In this document: positions 1 through 13,100 of the stretch, piece by piece
Layout: every line of letters begins with the position of its first letter
Position numbering within the stretch: position 1 is the stretch's first letter
DNA from: Catajapyx aquilonaris
Taxonomy: Eukaryota
Reading direction: 5' to 3'
Assembly: GCA_000934665.2 (NCBI GenBank)
Contig: KZ538310.1
Coordinates: 1 to 64,000, forward strand
DNA: 64,000 bases
Program-made: the position numbers and the translations under genes
Notes under the pieces: model-generated
Told to the model about the DNA's origin: nothing
The model's input: the letters and a program-made list of their open reading frames with translations, nothing else
Database searches by the model: none

Positions 1-100
1 ACGTTGAACTTGGCCGTATTTTAGATCTCACCACTTTTTACGGCCAAGCAGTCAGGAGAACTTGGCCTTTTTTTTACTGAAAGGTTTTTGGTGGGATAGA

Positions 101-244
101 AGTTTTCTTGGGCTGTGATCGCCCGTCTGCCTAGGAGAAGCTTGGGAGCAGTTGTTCATTGTTCTATCATAGAACAATGAACAACTGCTCCCAAGCTTCT
201 CTTAGCGTCCTAGGCAGACGGGCGATCACAGCCCCAAGAAAACT
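101..244. repeat. Near-perfect palindrome / hairpin MITE
   Basis: agttttcttgggctgtgatcgcccgtctgcctagg...gttctat-c-atagaac...cctaggcagacgggcgatcacagccccaagaaaact; the arms are complementary apart from an ~8-nt and a 1-nt indel. Confidence 0.85.
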
Positions 245-503
245 TGGGTAGGTATAGATCATAGTATAGATAATGGGAAGGAAGGAAAATGGAAGCAAAA
301 TGATGAGTAGGCTACAGGAATATGTCGAAAAATGTCAAGTCCAAGGCGAGACAATGTTACATCTTACATGTCGCCATACATATTCAGGTATCAGTATCAG
401 TATCATTAATAGTGGGGATAATAGTGTCTGATTTGTAATACAACTGTACGGTGAGAAAATGACCTGTATAAATACAGACATATGGACATATCACCGCATA
501 TCA

Positions 504-1095
504 CAGTCCGTTAAACGAAAGAACGATCTGACGTCATCGTTTTGTTTACCGACTCCTAGTCAACGGAAATCTGCCAAGCGCACAGTCTCTGGAACCTTCC
601 ACTTTTCCTGTTTCCATGGAGATATAAATTATGTCCTCATACAATTATAAGAGTGAACATTGTTCTTTTTTGTTGACACTGTAAACGTGCTTAACCCTGG
701 AACCGTGCCGTGCCTACGAGTATTACGGCAACCGTGCCGTGGGGTCTTTTCGGACCCCACCATATTTTAATTTTTATTAATTATTATATAATACTTTTCA
801 ATGTATTGACTATATACAGTCATTCTTTGAACAATGCCTAAAATGATCGCTAATTTAAAATAAACCTTGCACTTCCTGTTATATACTGTAAAAAAATGGC
901 AAAAGTTCATTGTAATGATCATTTTAATGCATTTTTCCTTGGGGTCCAAAAAGACCCCACGGCACGGTTCCAGGGTTAAATAGTGTCAACAAAAAGTGGA
1001 AGGTTACAGCTAGGTGCGTTTGGCAGATATTTCCGTTGACTAGGAGTCGGTAAACAAAACGATGGCGTCAGATCGTTCTTTCGTTTAACGGACTG
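504..1095. mobile_element. Tc1/mariner-type MITE with long TIRs
   Basis: CAGTCCGTTAAACGAAAGAACGATCTGAC... at 504 and its reverse complement ending ...CGTTTAACGGACTG at 1095 followed by TA; TIR ~80 bp. Confidence 0.8.
695..975. mobile_element. piggyBac-like MITE nested in the previous element
   Basis: TTAA|CCCTGGAACCGTGCCGTG ... CACGGCACGGTTCCAGGG|TTAA: TTAA duplication (691-694, 976-979), CCC/GGG termini and subterminal GGGGTC..GACCCC repeats. Confidence 0.85.
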
Positions 1096-3740
1096 TAGTT
1101 GTCATTCTCAATATGTATGCCCTACCCAAGGGCAATCACTTGTAAAAGCTCTTGGTAAAACTAAGGTGTATGTTGACTGTATAAGTACACCTGCATACTG
1201 AATACCTCTGTCTACCTTGCTTACTTGTGCTCTAATTGGCCTACCCAGTGTACAGGGTGATCCAAAATACCTGTCCGATTGCTGCTGCGATTTTTTAAGC
1301 AGAGTGACTTTTAGTGGTTATCAAAAGTATTAGCTACCGTACTAACATTAGGCTGTGTACCCATCCTTTATAAAGTCTTCAAAAAGGGTTTGACCTGCAA
1401 ATATTGATTATATCATGCATGTTTGATGCCAATTATTGTTCCAATGTCCCATTTTGAAATCGGAAATTCATTGCACTTCAGAGCATGGATATACGATTCC
1501 TTACGGCCTAATGTTAGCAGTTAATAAATTTGATAACCACTAACAATAGCTGTGCAAGGATAAGCAGATTAGTGAAAAAAATCGCAACAGCAATCGGAAA
1601 AGTATTTTGGAGGGCCCTGTATGCAGTGTACCTGTGTACACACCTGTATACCTGAGCAACAACAGCTAATCGTTCCCCATTTACTTCTTCATGTTCGTTT
1701 CTTCCACCCCTTTCCAGTAAGTGCAATAAATAAGCAAACAATAACACATCAGAGCAAGAAAACGATAAAATAAGTTATTCACGAATAACAGTCAATTATA
1801 ATAAGTGATACTAACACATCAGTCCATCCATGCCCTCCAATAGTTTAAAAGAAAAGAGGTTTTCACACGATCCGGGCCGTGATCCGGGCACACGGTGGAA
1901 ACAGGATACCTGTCACTACACCGTCGTGACCTTGCGCCTGCTAGTTCCAATTAACGTTTCCGCGCGAGTTTTTATGCCACCATGGTCGTCCTTTTTTTAT
2001 TACTTTTTTTTTAGCTGCTGGAAATAGTTTCTGATATGCTCATCGTCATTGTTACACTGGTGATAGAGCCTGCTTAGCATATATATTCTCATCTCAAATA
2101 ATGATTCTGGAATATTGTTTTGCGTAACTCAATGACTTAGTAAACACCAGCGACGGCGGGAAGGGGGGGGGGGTGCCAAATGATGATAGAAATTTAATTG
2201 TCAAATGTGTACGACCCGACAGGTCAAGCTGAACCAGCGGGGAATTCCCCAATGTTGATATGACTATATGTGTAGGCGGTGGAGGACATCAAGTAGGCCA
2301 TAAACAAGAAGGAGGAGCCTGTGTCAACATGTTGTTGCTAATGGAGCCTTTCCGCCCTTGGCTTCGCCCTGTAGTAATGCTAACATACATAGTGCCTGCG
2401 CATATGGTTTTCTTTCCAATTACGTAATTGGCTGAGATTCCAGGGAATTTCTAATGACCCCTATCGGTCGTGATAGGAGAGTCCTATTCACATGGAAACT
2501 GGAAGTACATAATACGAAGGCGTATACGACCGGGCGAATCAAATGAAACCCGTTCGTGGCATCTAGAGAGGAGACTGCTGAACGCAGAGACTTGAAACTT
2601 CAACAACACCAAGATAGTACCAATACCTTCTAAGTGCATAGGTAAGAGTATGCGCGCGCATACCGCCGCCAGTCAATCAAAGGCGGCGTGCTCCCGGTCG
2701 AGAGTGCACGAGCCATATGAGCGCATTGTTTTGCCATTTCTTATGGCCGAGGGGAATCGCGGAAATCTATCGGGAGGATGTGGGAGGGTACTTTGTATAG
2801 TGGCAGTTGCGTGGCGAAGAAAACTGTCGTGGAATGGTGTCGGCGATTCCGAGATGGCAGACAATCCACGGCCGATCTTACCAGGCCAGGCTCGGCTAGC
2901 AATCACACCTGCCATCATTGCACGTGTATATCAGCTGATAAGAGATGAACGTGGGTGAATCAGTCTTACTTGGATGCAATGGTCAGCCCAAGGTATGGTA
3001 CAGTGTTCACATTGCCCATTACCAACTGGAGTACCGCAAGATAATCAGATATTGAAGAACTATGCGCTGATCCTTCTTGGGCACTCTCGACACGGAGCAC
3101 GCCGCCTTTGATTGACTGCGACGGTATGCGCGCGCATACTCTTACCTATGCACTTAGAAGGTATATTGGTACTATCTTGGTGTTGTTGAAGTTTCAAGTC
3201 TCTGCGTTCAGCAGTCTCCTCTCCAGATGCCACGAACGGGTTTCATTTGATTCGCCCTCGTATACGCCTTCGTATTATGTACTTCCAGTTTCCATGTGAA
3301 TAGGACTCTCCTATCACGACCTATAGGGGTCATTAGAAATTCCCTGAAATCTCAGCCAATTACGTAATTGGAAAGAAAACCATATGCGCAGGCACTATGT
3401 ATGTTAGCATTACTACAGGGCGAAGCCAAGGGCGGAAAGGCTCCATTAGCAACAACATGTTGACACAGCCTCCTTCTTGTTTATGGCCTACTTGATGTCC
3501 TCCACCGCCTACACAGAGTCATATCAACATTGGGGAATTCCCCGCTGGTTCAGCTTGACCTGTCGGGTCATACACATTTGGCAATCAAATTTTTGTCATC
3601 ATTTGGCATCATTGCCCCCCCCCCCCCNCCCCCCCTCGCTGGTGGTGTTCACTAAGCCATTGCTTAATATGCAAAAAATATTCCGGAATCATTATTTGAG
3701 ATGAAAATATACATCTATCATCATCATGTAGGGGCTATAT

Positions 3741-4713
3741 GGGTGATTCTCCAAAAACTTACCAATACCATGTCCCGGCATAATAACTCAAAAATGGCTT
3801 GACTGAGACAGTTGATTTTTTAAACATTTGTAGAAGCAGTTGACACCTAGCCATCCCCATGAAAACAAAGAAAAATATTAAATTAGGTTTTACTGCAAAA
3901 AACGATTTATTCATTTGACATGACCTTGCTGCAGCCTGCAGCACTCCAAAGTGTGTCCCGAGTTTTCCCGGAAATAAAAAGTTCACACTCCTGGCTCATT
4001 TTTCTATGTCACAAAATCGCTTAAATATTTTGAAATAACTGTGATTCCATGGCATGAAGGGTCTTCTTGAACCCACCGAAATTTCCAGAGTCAGCGTTTG
4101 TTCTGGACCGTGATATTAATCCTAATCGATCCTAATGCATCCAAAGGTCAATTCTTCTGGCTCCCAAACTCCCGGAAATAAAAAGTTCCCACTCCTGGCT
4201 CATTTTTCTATGTCATAAAATAGCTTAAATGTTTTGAAATAACTATGATTCCATGGCATGAAGGGTCTTCTTGAACCCACAGAAATGTCCAGAGTCAACG
4301 TTCGTTCTTGACCGTGATATTAATCCTAATGCATCCAAAGGTCATTTTTCTCCCGGAAATTAGAAGTTCACACTCCTGGCTCATTTTTCTATGTCACATA
4401 ATAGCTTAAATGTTTTGAAATAACTGTGATTCCATGGAATGAAGGGTCTTCTTGAACCCACCGAAATCTCCATATACAACGTTTGTTCTGGACCGTGATA
4501 TTAATCCTATTGCATGCATAGGTCATTCTTCTGGCTCCCGAACTCCTGGAAATATTCACTCTCCTGGCATTAGAATATCAGAGTTAGTTCTCCATATTTT
4601 TCCCTGATTTGTGACCTCATATAGAGTAAGTGAGAATTTTTCCAGATTTTTAAAACAAGTTTTGAAATTCATTAATTCTTGCTTTGAAATGGTAGGTTTT
4701 TGGAGAATCACCC
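3741..4713. mobile_element. Non-autonomous TIR element (PHIS/ISL2EU-like) containing a tandem array
   Basis: TIR GGGTGATTCTCCAAAAAC(T/C)TACCA at both ends, flanked by AT on each side. The superfamily is inferred from the termini only. Confidence 0.75.
3968..4570. repeat. Tandem repeat, ~180-200-bp unit, ~3.2 copies
   Basis: Unit CCCGGAAATAAAAAGTTCACACTCCTGGCTCATTTTTCTATGTC... restarts near 3968, 4171, 4352 and 4545. Confidence 0.9.
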
Positions 4714-5440
4714 ATTGCTAAGCAGGCTCTATCACTGGACCCGATTCATGCAACAATGACGATGAGCATATCAGAAATTATTTCCAGCAGCTAAACAAAA
4801 GTAATAAAAAAAGGACGACCATGGTGGCATAAAAATAGTAAAATAGTAGGCTATCATATACCAATACCTTCTCAGAGAAGGTATTGGTATGGTAGCCTAT
4901 TATCTTATTTTGCTATGGTAGAAGTTTCCTGCCTTCAGCAGTATCCTCTCCATATGCCACGAACGGGTTTCATTTGATTCACCCTAATAGAATTGATTCA
5001 TTTTCCTTGGGTCAGAACAGAAGCTAGCTATCATATGCTGGTATACGTATTTTCGCCCTTCTATTGTTCCCAGCCAACTTTTTAGAATATAATATTATAT
5101 CTCCCTGGTATATGGTACAGCACTTAACTGGGGCATTCATATAGGATCATGCAGGATTGCTTTTTCCATGAACCATCAATTTTTAGTGGATGTAAGTTAA
5201 TGGTATATGTTGTTTCTAATAAAGTCAGATAGAGTGGTAGTGTGTCAGAATGAGCTATATACCAAGGTAGTGGGAATCATGATGATGGTTACCATCATCA
5301 TGATGCCCACTATATAATTATATTATAGCAAAACTCTGTGACCGTACCCCACGCACACCATGTTACAATATACCTAAAACATCATAGTATACACCTGCAT
5401 ACCAGACTGAATACTCCTTGATAAATACCTTCCATAATAA

Positions 5441-5870
5441 CCAAAGCAGTTTGGTGGAGTGGATAAGGTGTTCGACAGCTAATCAGGTTCGAGTCCCGGG
5501 GCCGGCAATCCTAACTGTGGTTTTCTGTGGTTTCCCACGGTCCCCCCAGGAGAATTCTGGGATTGCTTCCTAAATAATAGGCCACAGCTGCTTCTTTCCT
5601 TTCCTATCCTTGTCCTGTCCATGAGGAGGTGTGGTGTCGGTGGGGGATTTCTGACCCACATCCAAGGGGTCATCTTGGCGAACGGGCCCCCTGAGGGACT
5701 GCCCACGACCCCCAACTTGAAACATTGCACCTGCACCAGTGTACCCCCCTCATTATCTCTATCCTGTCCCCTTGCACTGGAGGAAAGAAAAATACAAGAA
5801 AATTGATGGTGGTGTACCACCCCCCAACAGGGCCATGTAGGCCTATCACGGGGTAAAACAAACAAACAAA
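5441..5870 (+). mobile_element. tRNA-derived SINE (type-A head, B-type body, shared tail)
   Basis: A box TGGTGGAGTGG, B box GGTTCGAGTCC, (AAAC)n tail, and 18-bp TSD AAATACCTTCCATAATAA (5423-5440 / 5871-5888). Confidence 0.85.
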
Positions 5871-5901
5871 AAATACCTTCCATAATAAAGTATGGCAGTG
5901 C

Positions 5902-6246
5902 GGGGAAGGCGCGGTGGCCGAGATGGTAATGTCTCGGCTTGCTGAGCGGAAGGTCCCAGGTTCGATCCCTGCCCAGGATTTCCCTTCCGCCTGCATCAGT
6001 GGGTCTCTGCCCGCGCCTAAGAAGGCGTCTTGGCAACCTAGCCTTCTGGGGACTGCACATGACCCATTTCCGACATTGCACTTGCACCTGTGTCCCCTCC
6101 CCAAAAATCCCTATCCTTATCCCATGTCCTTTCATCCTTGCACTGGAGTTAGAAGAAAAACTCAGAAAATTGAAGGGAAAATGGTGGTATTCCACCACCC
6201 TATAAGGGTCTCTGGCCCTATCACGGGGTAACGTTTAAAAAAAAAA
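5902..6246 (+). mobile_element. tRNA-derived SINE (type-B head)
   Basis: A box TGGCCGAGATGG, B box GGTTCGATCC, poly(A), and TSD AAAGTATGGCAGTGC (5887-5901 / 6247-6261). Homologous to 19133-19508. Confidence 0.88.
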
Positions 6247-7119
6247 AAAGTATGGCAGTGCCCATGGTTCACAGCTACATGTGTGGTGGGGTTAAGAGGG
6301 GTTCATGGATTGTACAAAATGGTGAACCTTTCTATTAAACTGCTCAAAAATGCTTTAATAAAGGTTTGTATACAAAATTACACAAATTTTAAAAAATATG
6401 TCATGTGTATTAGTAGCAAACACAACTGTGAAGTTAACTGAATGACATACCCTATGGAACAAGTTTCAAAGTCCACATTAATAAATTAGAAATTACAGTA
6501 CACCTGTTCATGGAATCAGCATCATAATTATGCACCATTTATTGTTGGGATGGTCCTTTCAGGCTGATATCTAGTGTGTGGTATCGGAACTAAATTTAAT
6601 TTCGACCCAAAATTATATTCTGCATCCCTACACCCTGCTGTAATTCAGCCCTGATTCTACTGGGTCATTCAGTTATCTCTATTGTAAACTCCTCTTTTGT
6701 TAGGGACAATATTTTATTTTCCAGTTATTGTTGGCAGTGAAAAATACTTCACCATCTCTACTAATGGCTAAGTATGATGTACTTAAATCTGGTTACACCA
6801 CAAAAGATATTGCTCAACCCCAGGTTTGTCCTGATTGTCATTTCTCATTAGGCTAGAAACAATGACCCAAACGTTAATAACAAGACAAACCTTCAATGGT
6901 GCAACTATGCCATAGTGAATAACTGAACATGAAATTCATTCAGTCAGTTTACTTATGTTCTAAAGCTTATCAGTCTTGTCCACACTAGCTTGAACAGCAA
7001 CTATTTGGCACATCTGTTGAGCTTAGGGTTAAAAGTCTGGTACTAGGATGGCAGAACGACTAGTGGATGCTGAGAAACTGGTTGAATTGTGACCCACAGG
7101 GATGACTCTGACAACAGTC

Positions 7120-10100
7120 TCAAAGTGAATAATTGTCTAGAATTTGATGAAGAAGCATTTCTTGAAGGCGGTTAACTGTTGAACGATGGTTTGAAGTACT
7201 TTGACGAGTAATTTTGAATGAGCCTGTGTTGAGTAGGAAACCACACTGGGCCATACACACTTTGTCCTTCACAACAGCTTCCTTTCCAACCTCTTGGAAG
7301 AGTTGTTGACAGTTAACAATGCGAAGTGATGCACACTTTGCCTGTGAAAGATCGAACCAGATTATTATTAGACAAGTTGAGACTTACACTTCTGTAACAC
7401 CATAGAAAGTGAGTTTTCAGTTGTATTTGCCTAAAAGGATATTTTCCAGGATCAGGGTTCTTTGCATATGGTTTCACCTTCACAATTGCATTAGGAACTT
7501 GCAAAATGCCAGGTGACTGTGGTTAGGAGTGGATGATATAATATGCTAACAAGTCAGCTGTAAGAGCTTTTAGGGTGTGGTTAACAGGTCATAAGGATGA
7601 AGGAAGAGGTACGTGGATCCAGCATAAAAGCTAGGATTATTGTAATGTTGCTGCATATCAAGTCCACAGCTCAGTGCTCAAATATTAGCCATGCGTAGGA
7701 ATATCAATATATCATATCTAGTCCATTTCTGAAACTCAACTTCATTTTAGAGTTACAGACTTCTTGTGAGACTATTAAGGATTTTAATGGACTATGTTTC
7801 TAGACTTCTTGTGAGACTGTGAATAATGACTATGCACACCTAAACAGCTTTCAATTCAGAAAGTGCACTGTTGAACAATACTGCAGGATTACTGTATTGT
7901 TTTGCCAGTACTAAAACTGCATTTGGAGAAACAAAATTTCACTCTCTCTGCATTTCAGAATTGAGCTCACATCCACATCAGTGGAAATTTCACTTACACT
8001 CGTTCCTGTGAATTTTCTTGAAAGTTTGACATGGAATCACACTCTACTGAAAACCAATTGTGTAACTTACTCCCACACTTGAAGATTGGCCACAGAAGCA
8101 TGTGGAAATGAGCATCCACAAAATATTTTCTGACATGTGAGCTAAATTCTGAAAAACACTCTATATTTACCCCTTCAGCTGTACAGACACAGCTGGTACA
8201 AGGAGTGGGTAGGTCAGCTCCTCCAATTGGCACATGACGTTCTCCAATTTGGCAACCAACCAATTTATCCTTCCACAGATCCAAATCAATTGATGGCAGA
8301 AGTTGGCATGGTAGTGGAGGATTTCTGCAACAAGTGGGTATTAAGTCATTGATGCATCCTGCTAGGCCCGAGCTAGGCCTGTATCAGAACCTTATGTTCT
8401 TCAAAATAAGAACTTACAGAAAGGGATGAGGTAAATCAAAAGCAGCTCTCTGCACATCAGTTGTTGCATCCATATTGTCACAAATCACCTTGGATAGTGT
8501 GATTTTTCTAATTTCAGCCAGTTGTGATTCAGTGAACTTGATAATGGGGTCATTTGTTTCATACCAGAACCTGTCACATTTCTTCAGCTGACGAAACTGC
8601 ATCCCAATGATACATGAAAAAGTTGGCCCCAGTAGTCCTCCCTGCAGTGGTGTTTCAACTAAACCACCAGTGAAGAGGTCAATGTCATCTACTGACAGGT
8701 ACACTTGTTCTAATTGATGAATCACTTCTGGTGTCATTTCTCTAAGCAGATCTGTGAAGCTCCTAGCTTTTTTCAAATTGCACAGAGCACGATAATCATT
8801 GTAAGGGCGGATGCCATGGTCCCTTGCTGGAAGAATGCAAAGCATGCTGATAAATATGCACTCGTAGCAATGTTTGTGATGTTATCTTACCTCTCTGAAT
8901 GTTCAATGATATTAAATCCAGCCCAGTATAAGATTTTTTCCTGTTCTCAAAGAGATGGTTTGTAACTTCCTTTGACACAAATTGGTCCAGATTTTCCATT
9001 GGTGTAGTTACCAGGCCACGTATAATTTCATCTGCCATTTGCAACTGTGGAAAAAGTTAATTAAAGTATAACTGGAAACAGAGCAGGTCCACTGCTCACT
9101 GCCACTCCTGATGTTTTTGTTTCTCCCCCCTCCCCTCCTCCCACATTTTGGGCAGGAGTGGGAAGGATACTGGGTTGGCACAAATGGAGACAGCCTCCAG
9201 AAGAGTGATCTCAAGAGTATGGTCTATGGAATACTAGTAGGTGGGCTGGGAAGAACTCAGAAATTTAATTCTTTAACCCAGATATAATTAATAATTTTAA
9301 TTTTAATTTGTACCCCGTGCTAGAGCCATGGGCTCTCTTAGGGGGGTGGAATACCACCATATTTTTTCTGTCTGGAACTCTTTCTTGTATTTTTACTTTT
9401 TCCTTTTGGGGATGGGATAGGGACGGAAGGAAGCGGCTGTGGCCTATAATTACGGACACGACCCCGGAATTGTCCTGGTGGGACCATGGAAAACCACAGA
9501 AAACCACGGTCAGGGTCGGCGGCCCCCGGGGTTCGAACCCAGGACCTCCCGATTAGCAGTCAGATACCATTTCCCCTCCGCTACCACTGCTTCGGTTTAA
9601 TAGTTACTGCAAAATAATAATTTTCTAATGGGGATAAGTGGCCAAAGAGCAACATGAGATTTGTTGCCCCTGTGTAAGCAGGCTACAGTCAAAACAATTT
9701 GAAAAACACTGCCCAAGGAGATTAGAGTTACCACATAAACCAAAGCTCAAGTAGATCAGAAAATTATCAAAATAAGCCCCCTCACCTACCACTAGTGCTT
9801 GTAAAATTTCACGTTGGGGAACATTTGCTTATGACATCACAGCTTGGTAAGGGATGAGTACACTTTAGGCCTGGTTCACACGTGGACACTTTTAGTGGTA
9901 GACGCTCGCCACAGCAACTGGCCACCGTTGCTTATACACACAATTAAATGGGAGCATTCACACGTGGCCACTGCAGTGGCGAGGGTAGGTGTCTGTGGGC
10001 TCGGAGTGGCTTGGAAGTTGCTCGACCGCGCAATTGAGTGGCAGGCCCGAGCGTCTTTGCTCCTACAAGCGCTCAAGGCCAGGCGCCACTCCGTAGCGGA

Positions 10101-13100
10101 CCATTGGTTTGCATTGGTGCATTCAGACGGAGCCAGAGCCACAGGCCACTCACGCCCGCAACAGGCCCACAGGCCCAGTCATATGTCCACGCTACAGTGT
10201 CATCGAAAAAGAATGTCCCATTTTTAAAACCCTATAACTCGAAAATTTCTAAAGATATCTTAATGATTTAAGTTTTGAAATGTTAAGAAATGTCTAAAAT
10301 TCTGGTCTTACCATAGTTTGTTTCGATATGAGCTCCATTTGTCACTCAAAAATGGTAAATATGGTAATCGGTGTCCTGCCTAACCCGCTCAGGCATGTCT
10401 GGCGTTACCGCTGAAATCTTTTCTCGTAGATGAATCTGGTAGTGCCAAATCTTGTCACCATACATGTATCTCCACAAAAAAGTCCATCGGGGTAAAATCT
10501 GGGCTACTGGAGGGGCTATGCATGGAGAAATTTCCCATACGAGACCCTCACACTTCTCACGCTACGAGACTTCTGACACTGGGAAGCTGAACAAATAAAA
10601 ATTTTATACGGCACGTTTATTTCATGGATGAGGCGACTTTTTTATTTGAATCATCAAGAACAATGTCTGTGGTGTAAATATCATAGCTATCCAGCACCTA
10701 CGGGATAGGATTCCAACGGTAGCTCCAGATGTGATTTGTCCCGGGTTTGTCCCGACACCGAATAGAGGCTTTTTAATCTGCCTAGCGATAAATGAAGCTC
10801 ATATTGAAAAAAAACTAACCAAAAACCAAAACTGTAGACCTTTCTTAGTATTTCAAAACTTGAATTATTCAGATATGTCTGCAAGTTTTCGAGTTATAGG
10901 GTTTTTTAAATGGGACATTCTATTTCAATGACCCTGTATTTCATGCCGCAAGGAAAGGGCAATTTACCACCTTGGATTGTACAATTAGTGAAGGAAATTA
11001 ATATCAAAGACTTTATATCTGAGGTTGAGGCCTATGCGCCTATCCCGATAAATAAAATTTCCTCCCCTATGCATGGCATGGTATCCCATCATGGATTTAC
11101 AGTAGGCCTACAGTGATATGATATATGAAGAAAATAATGTTTAAATTTCACCGTAGGTCTGACCACACCAATGATAGTGAATGCAAGCTAGGTTTGTATA
11201 TCTAGTCCACCAACTATTTTGTCTATATGGGGCATTTAATAATGATTCTGACAAACTTCTGCAGTGGACTCCTGGTCACCTTTGGATCACTTTACGTACA
11301 AGTATCTTGGTCTCCACAGCCTATTTATCTACCAATCTATGTGTTTTGTGAGTTTGTCGAGGTTATCCTGTTTCTTCCCACAATAAAAAGCCATCACCAG
11401 TGCACAGTCAATGAATAAATTGATAATTTAAAAGCGGCTACATGCTTACCACAGGATAACCTATTATTATTATTAATTATTACTACACATGTGGACTAGC
11501 TGCTCTCATTCCAATAAAGTCCATTCGATCTCTATTAGCTAAACATGACATGCGAGGGGTGTCCGGAAAGTAAGGTAAAACATTTTTTATCTTGGAAAGT
11601 TTTAAAGACAGAAGCACACAACTTACACATATGGAAGATATGATGAACGTCATTACGCAATATAATTCCTGAATCGGTTCAATCACTTGTCCCACTGTTA
11701 CACCAAGTCTTCTGTATCCCCCGCCTAGGATTTCGGGTCAAGCGTAAGTAGCCAGGCGATGACCTCTAATTTCACCTCCTTGTCAGTGGCAAATCATCTT
11801 CCTGACAGGTGATGTTTCAGGAGGCCAAAAAGGAAGAAGGCATCCAACATTTCTTACATGTAGCGAAGCACCCATTCTTTGGGTGCACATTGTCACACTA
11901 GAAACCAAGATGGATTCCATGGTTTGGAAGAATCCTTCTTCTCACCAGCCAAAAAAATGTCAAGACCATGTTTTCTGCGAAGAAATTCAAGGTGGCAGTG
12001 GACACCTCATCCCTTGACACTTCACTTGTTGGGAAGAGGGTTTGCCAGTGACGAGGTGAAATTAGAAGTCATCACCTGACTACTTGCGCTTGACCTGAAA
12101 TTCTAGGCCGGGGGGAAGGGGGGGGGTGTATAGAAGATTTGGTGTAAAGGTGGGACAAGTGCTTGTACTGACTCGACGATTATACTGAATAATTACAAAA
12201 ACCATATTTTCAATATGTGTAACTTGTGTGCTTCTATCATTAAAACGTTCCAAAATAAAAACATGTTTTACCTTACTTTCCGGACACCCCTCATACATAT
12301 AAAAACTCATCCAAATTCAAGTGGCTTAATTCCACCGAGTTGAAGCTGAAAACTTTTGATTTCTTGTGGTACATACCCCATAAAACACGTCAGAATCAAA
12401 GAAACCATCCCTCAGTTTAACATATGGTTCTTTGCTATGATAAGCAGCATCCATCCTAAATACATGTGGACGAATCAGGCTGTGTCCAAAGCGAAAAGCT
12501 GCAGTAGCAAACTCATTCAAAATGGTGGGTTTGCAGCTTGGATCGTAACCTAAAAAGTCACTGAGTTGTAATGACATTTTTACCTTCACAAACTTTCATA
12601 CTTGCCAGAGTAGAAACCCTCAGTTTCCAGATTTAGTCCATAGAGCTTAAGAACATTCCAACCAAGTATGCGAGGAAGAACCTCATTGTATATGATATGC
12701 TGATTGATGGCAATCATAATACGTCTTGAAGTCTGATATAGCTTTTCATCATTCCAATGTGGGTTGACTTTCTCTAGGGCTGCAGCAATTTTATTGTGCT
12801 CACGAAGAAAGATAATGTGCAATGCTGCCAGCCCAGGTTGCTCGCTGGCTCTGGGATCACCTGAGGAAAGAGAGCTTTCAAGTATTCAAAAACCAGACTA
12901 GAAGGAAATTTTTTAGTCTGTCAGGACTAGGCAGGACTTACTGGGACTAAATCATTCATTCAGAAATATAACATAGGCTTAAACACTTCTAGAGAAAATA
13001 TCGATTTTTCCTATAGGCACTTAAGATACTGCCATGTTTCACTTCAGACTAGTGGAGACAAACTTCGAATGTGAATATGAAAAGAAATATTGACCCACTC

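Larger units (their letters stand above)
1969..4835. mobile_element. Large foldback element / long inverted repeat (~740-bp arms)
   Basis: Left arm 1969-2707 is the reverse complement of 3081-~3715 plus 4716-4835, with a ~370-bp spacer. The right arm is interrupted by the 3741-4713 element. Confidence 0.88.

Noticed and set aside
3968..4570. CRISPR-like periodicity
   Set aside because: Whole units repeat with no unique spacers, the context is eukaryotic, and there are no cas genes.
5902..5980. Possible tRNA-Ser(GCT) genes (also ~19135 and ~21400)
   Set aside because: The A/B boxes run straight into SINE bodies with A-rich tails and TSDs, and there is no proper acceptor stem or long variable arm.
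5690..6090. Ribozyme- or U1-like words in the SINE body (CTGAGGGA..GAAAC, GGGGACTGC, CATTGCAC)
   Set aside because: The hammerhead core CUGANGA is not matched or conserved between copies, and the U1-like words are in the wrong order. An Infernal/Rfam search would be needed to revive the idea.
5479..6231. Overlapping ORFs up to 239 aa
   Set aside because: They lie entirely within two GC-rich SINEs and have no protein motifs.
7000..7122. Stop-codon readthrough or selenocysteine at the peroxidase TGA
   Set aside because: The context TGA-G is not the leaky TGA-C, only a short extension follows, and no SECIS was recognised.
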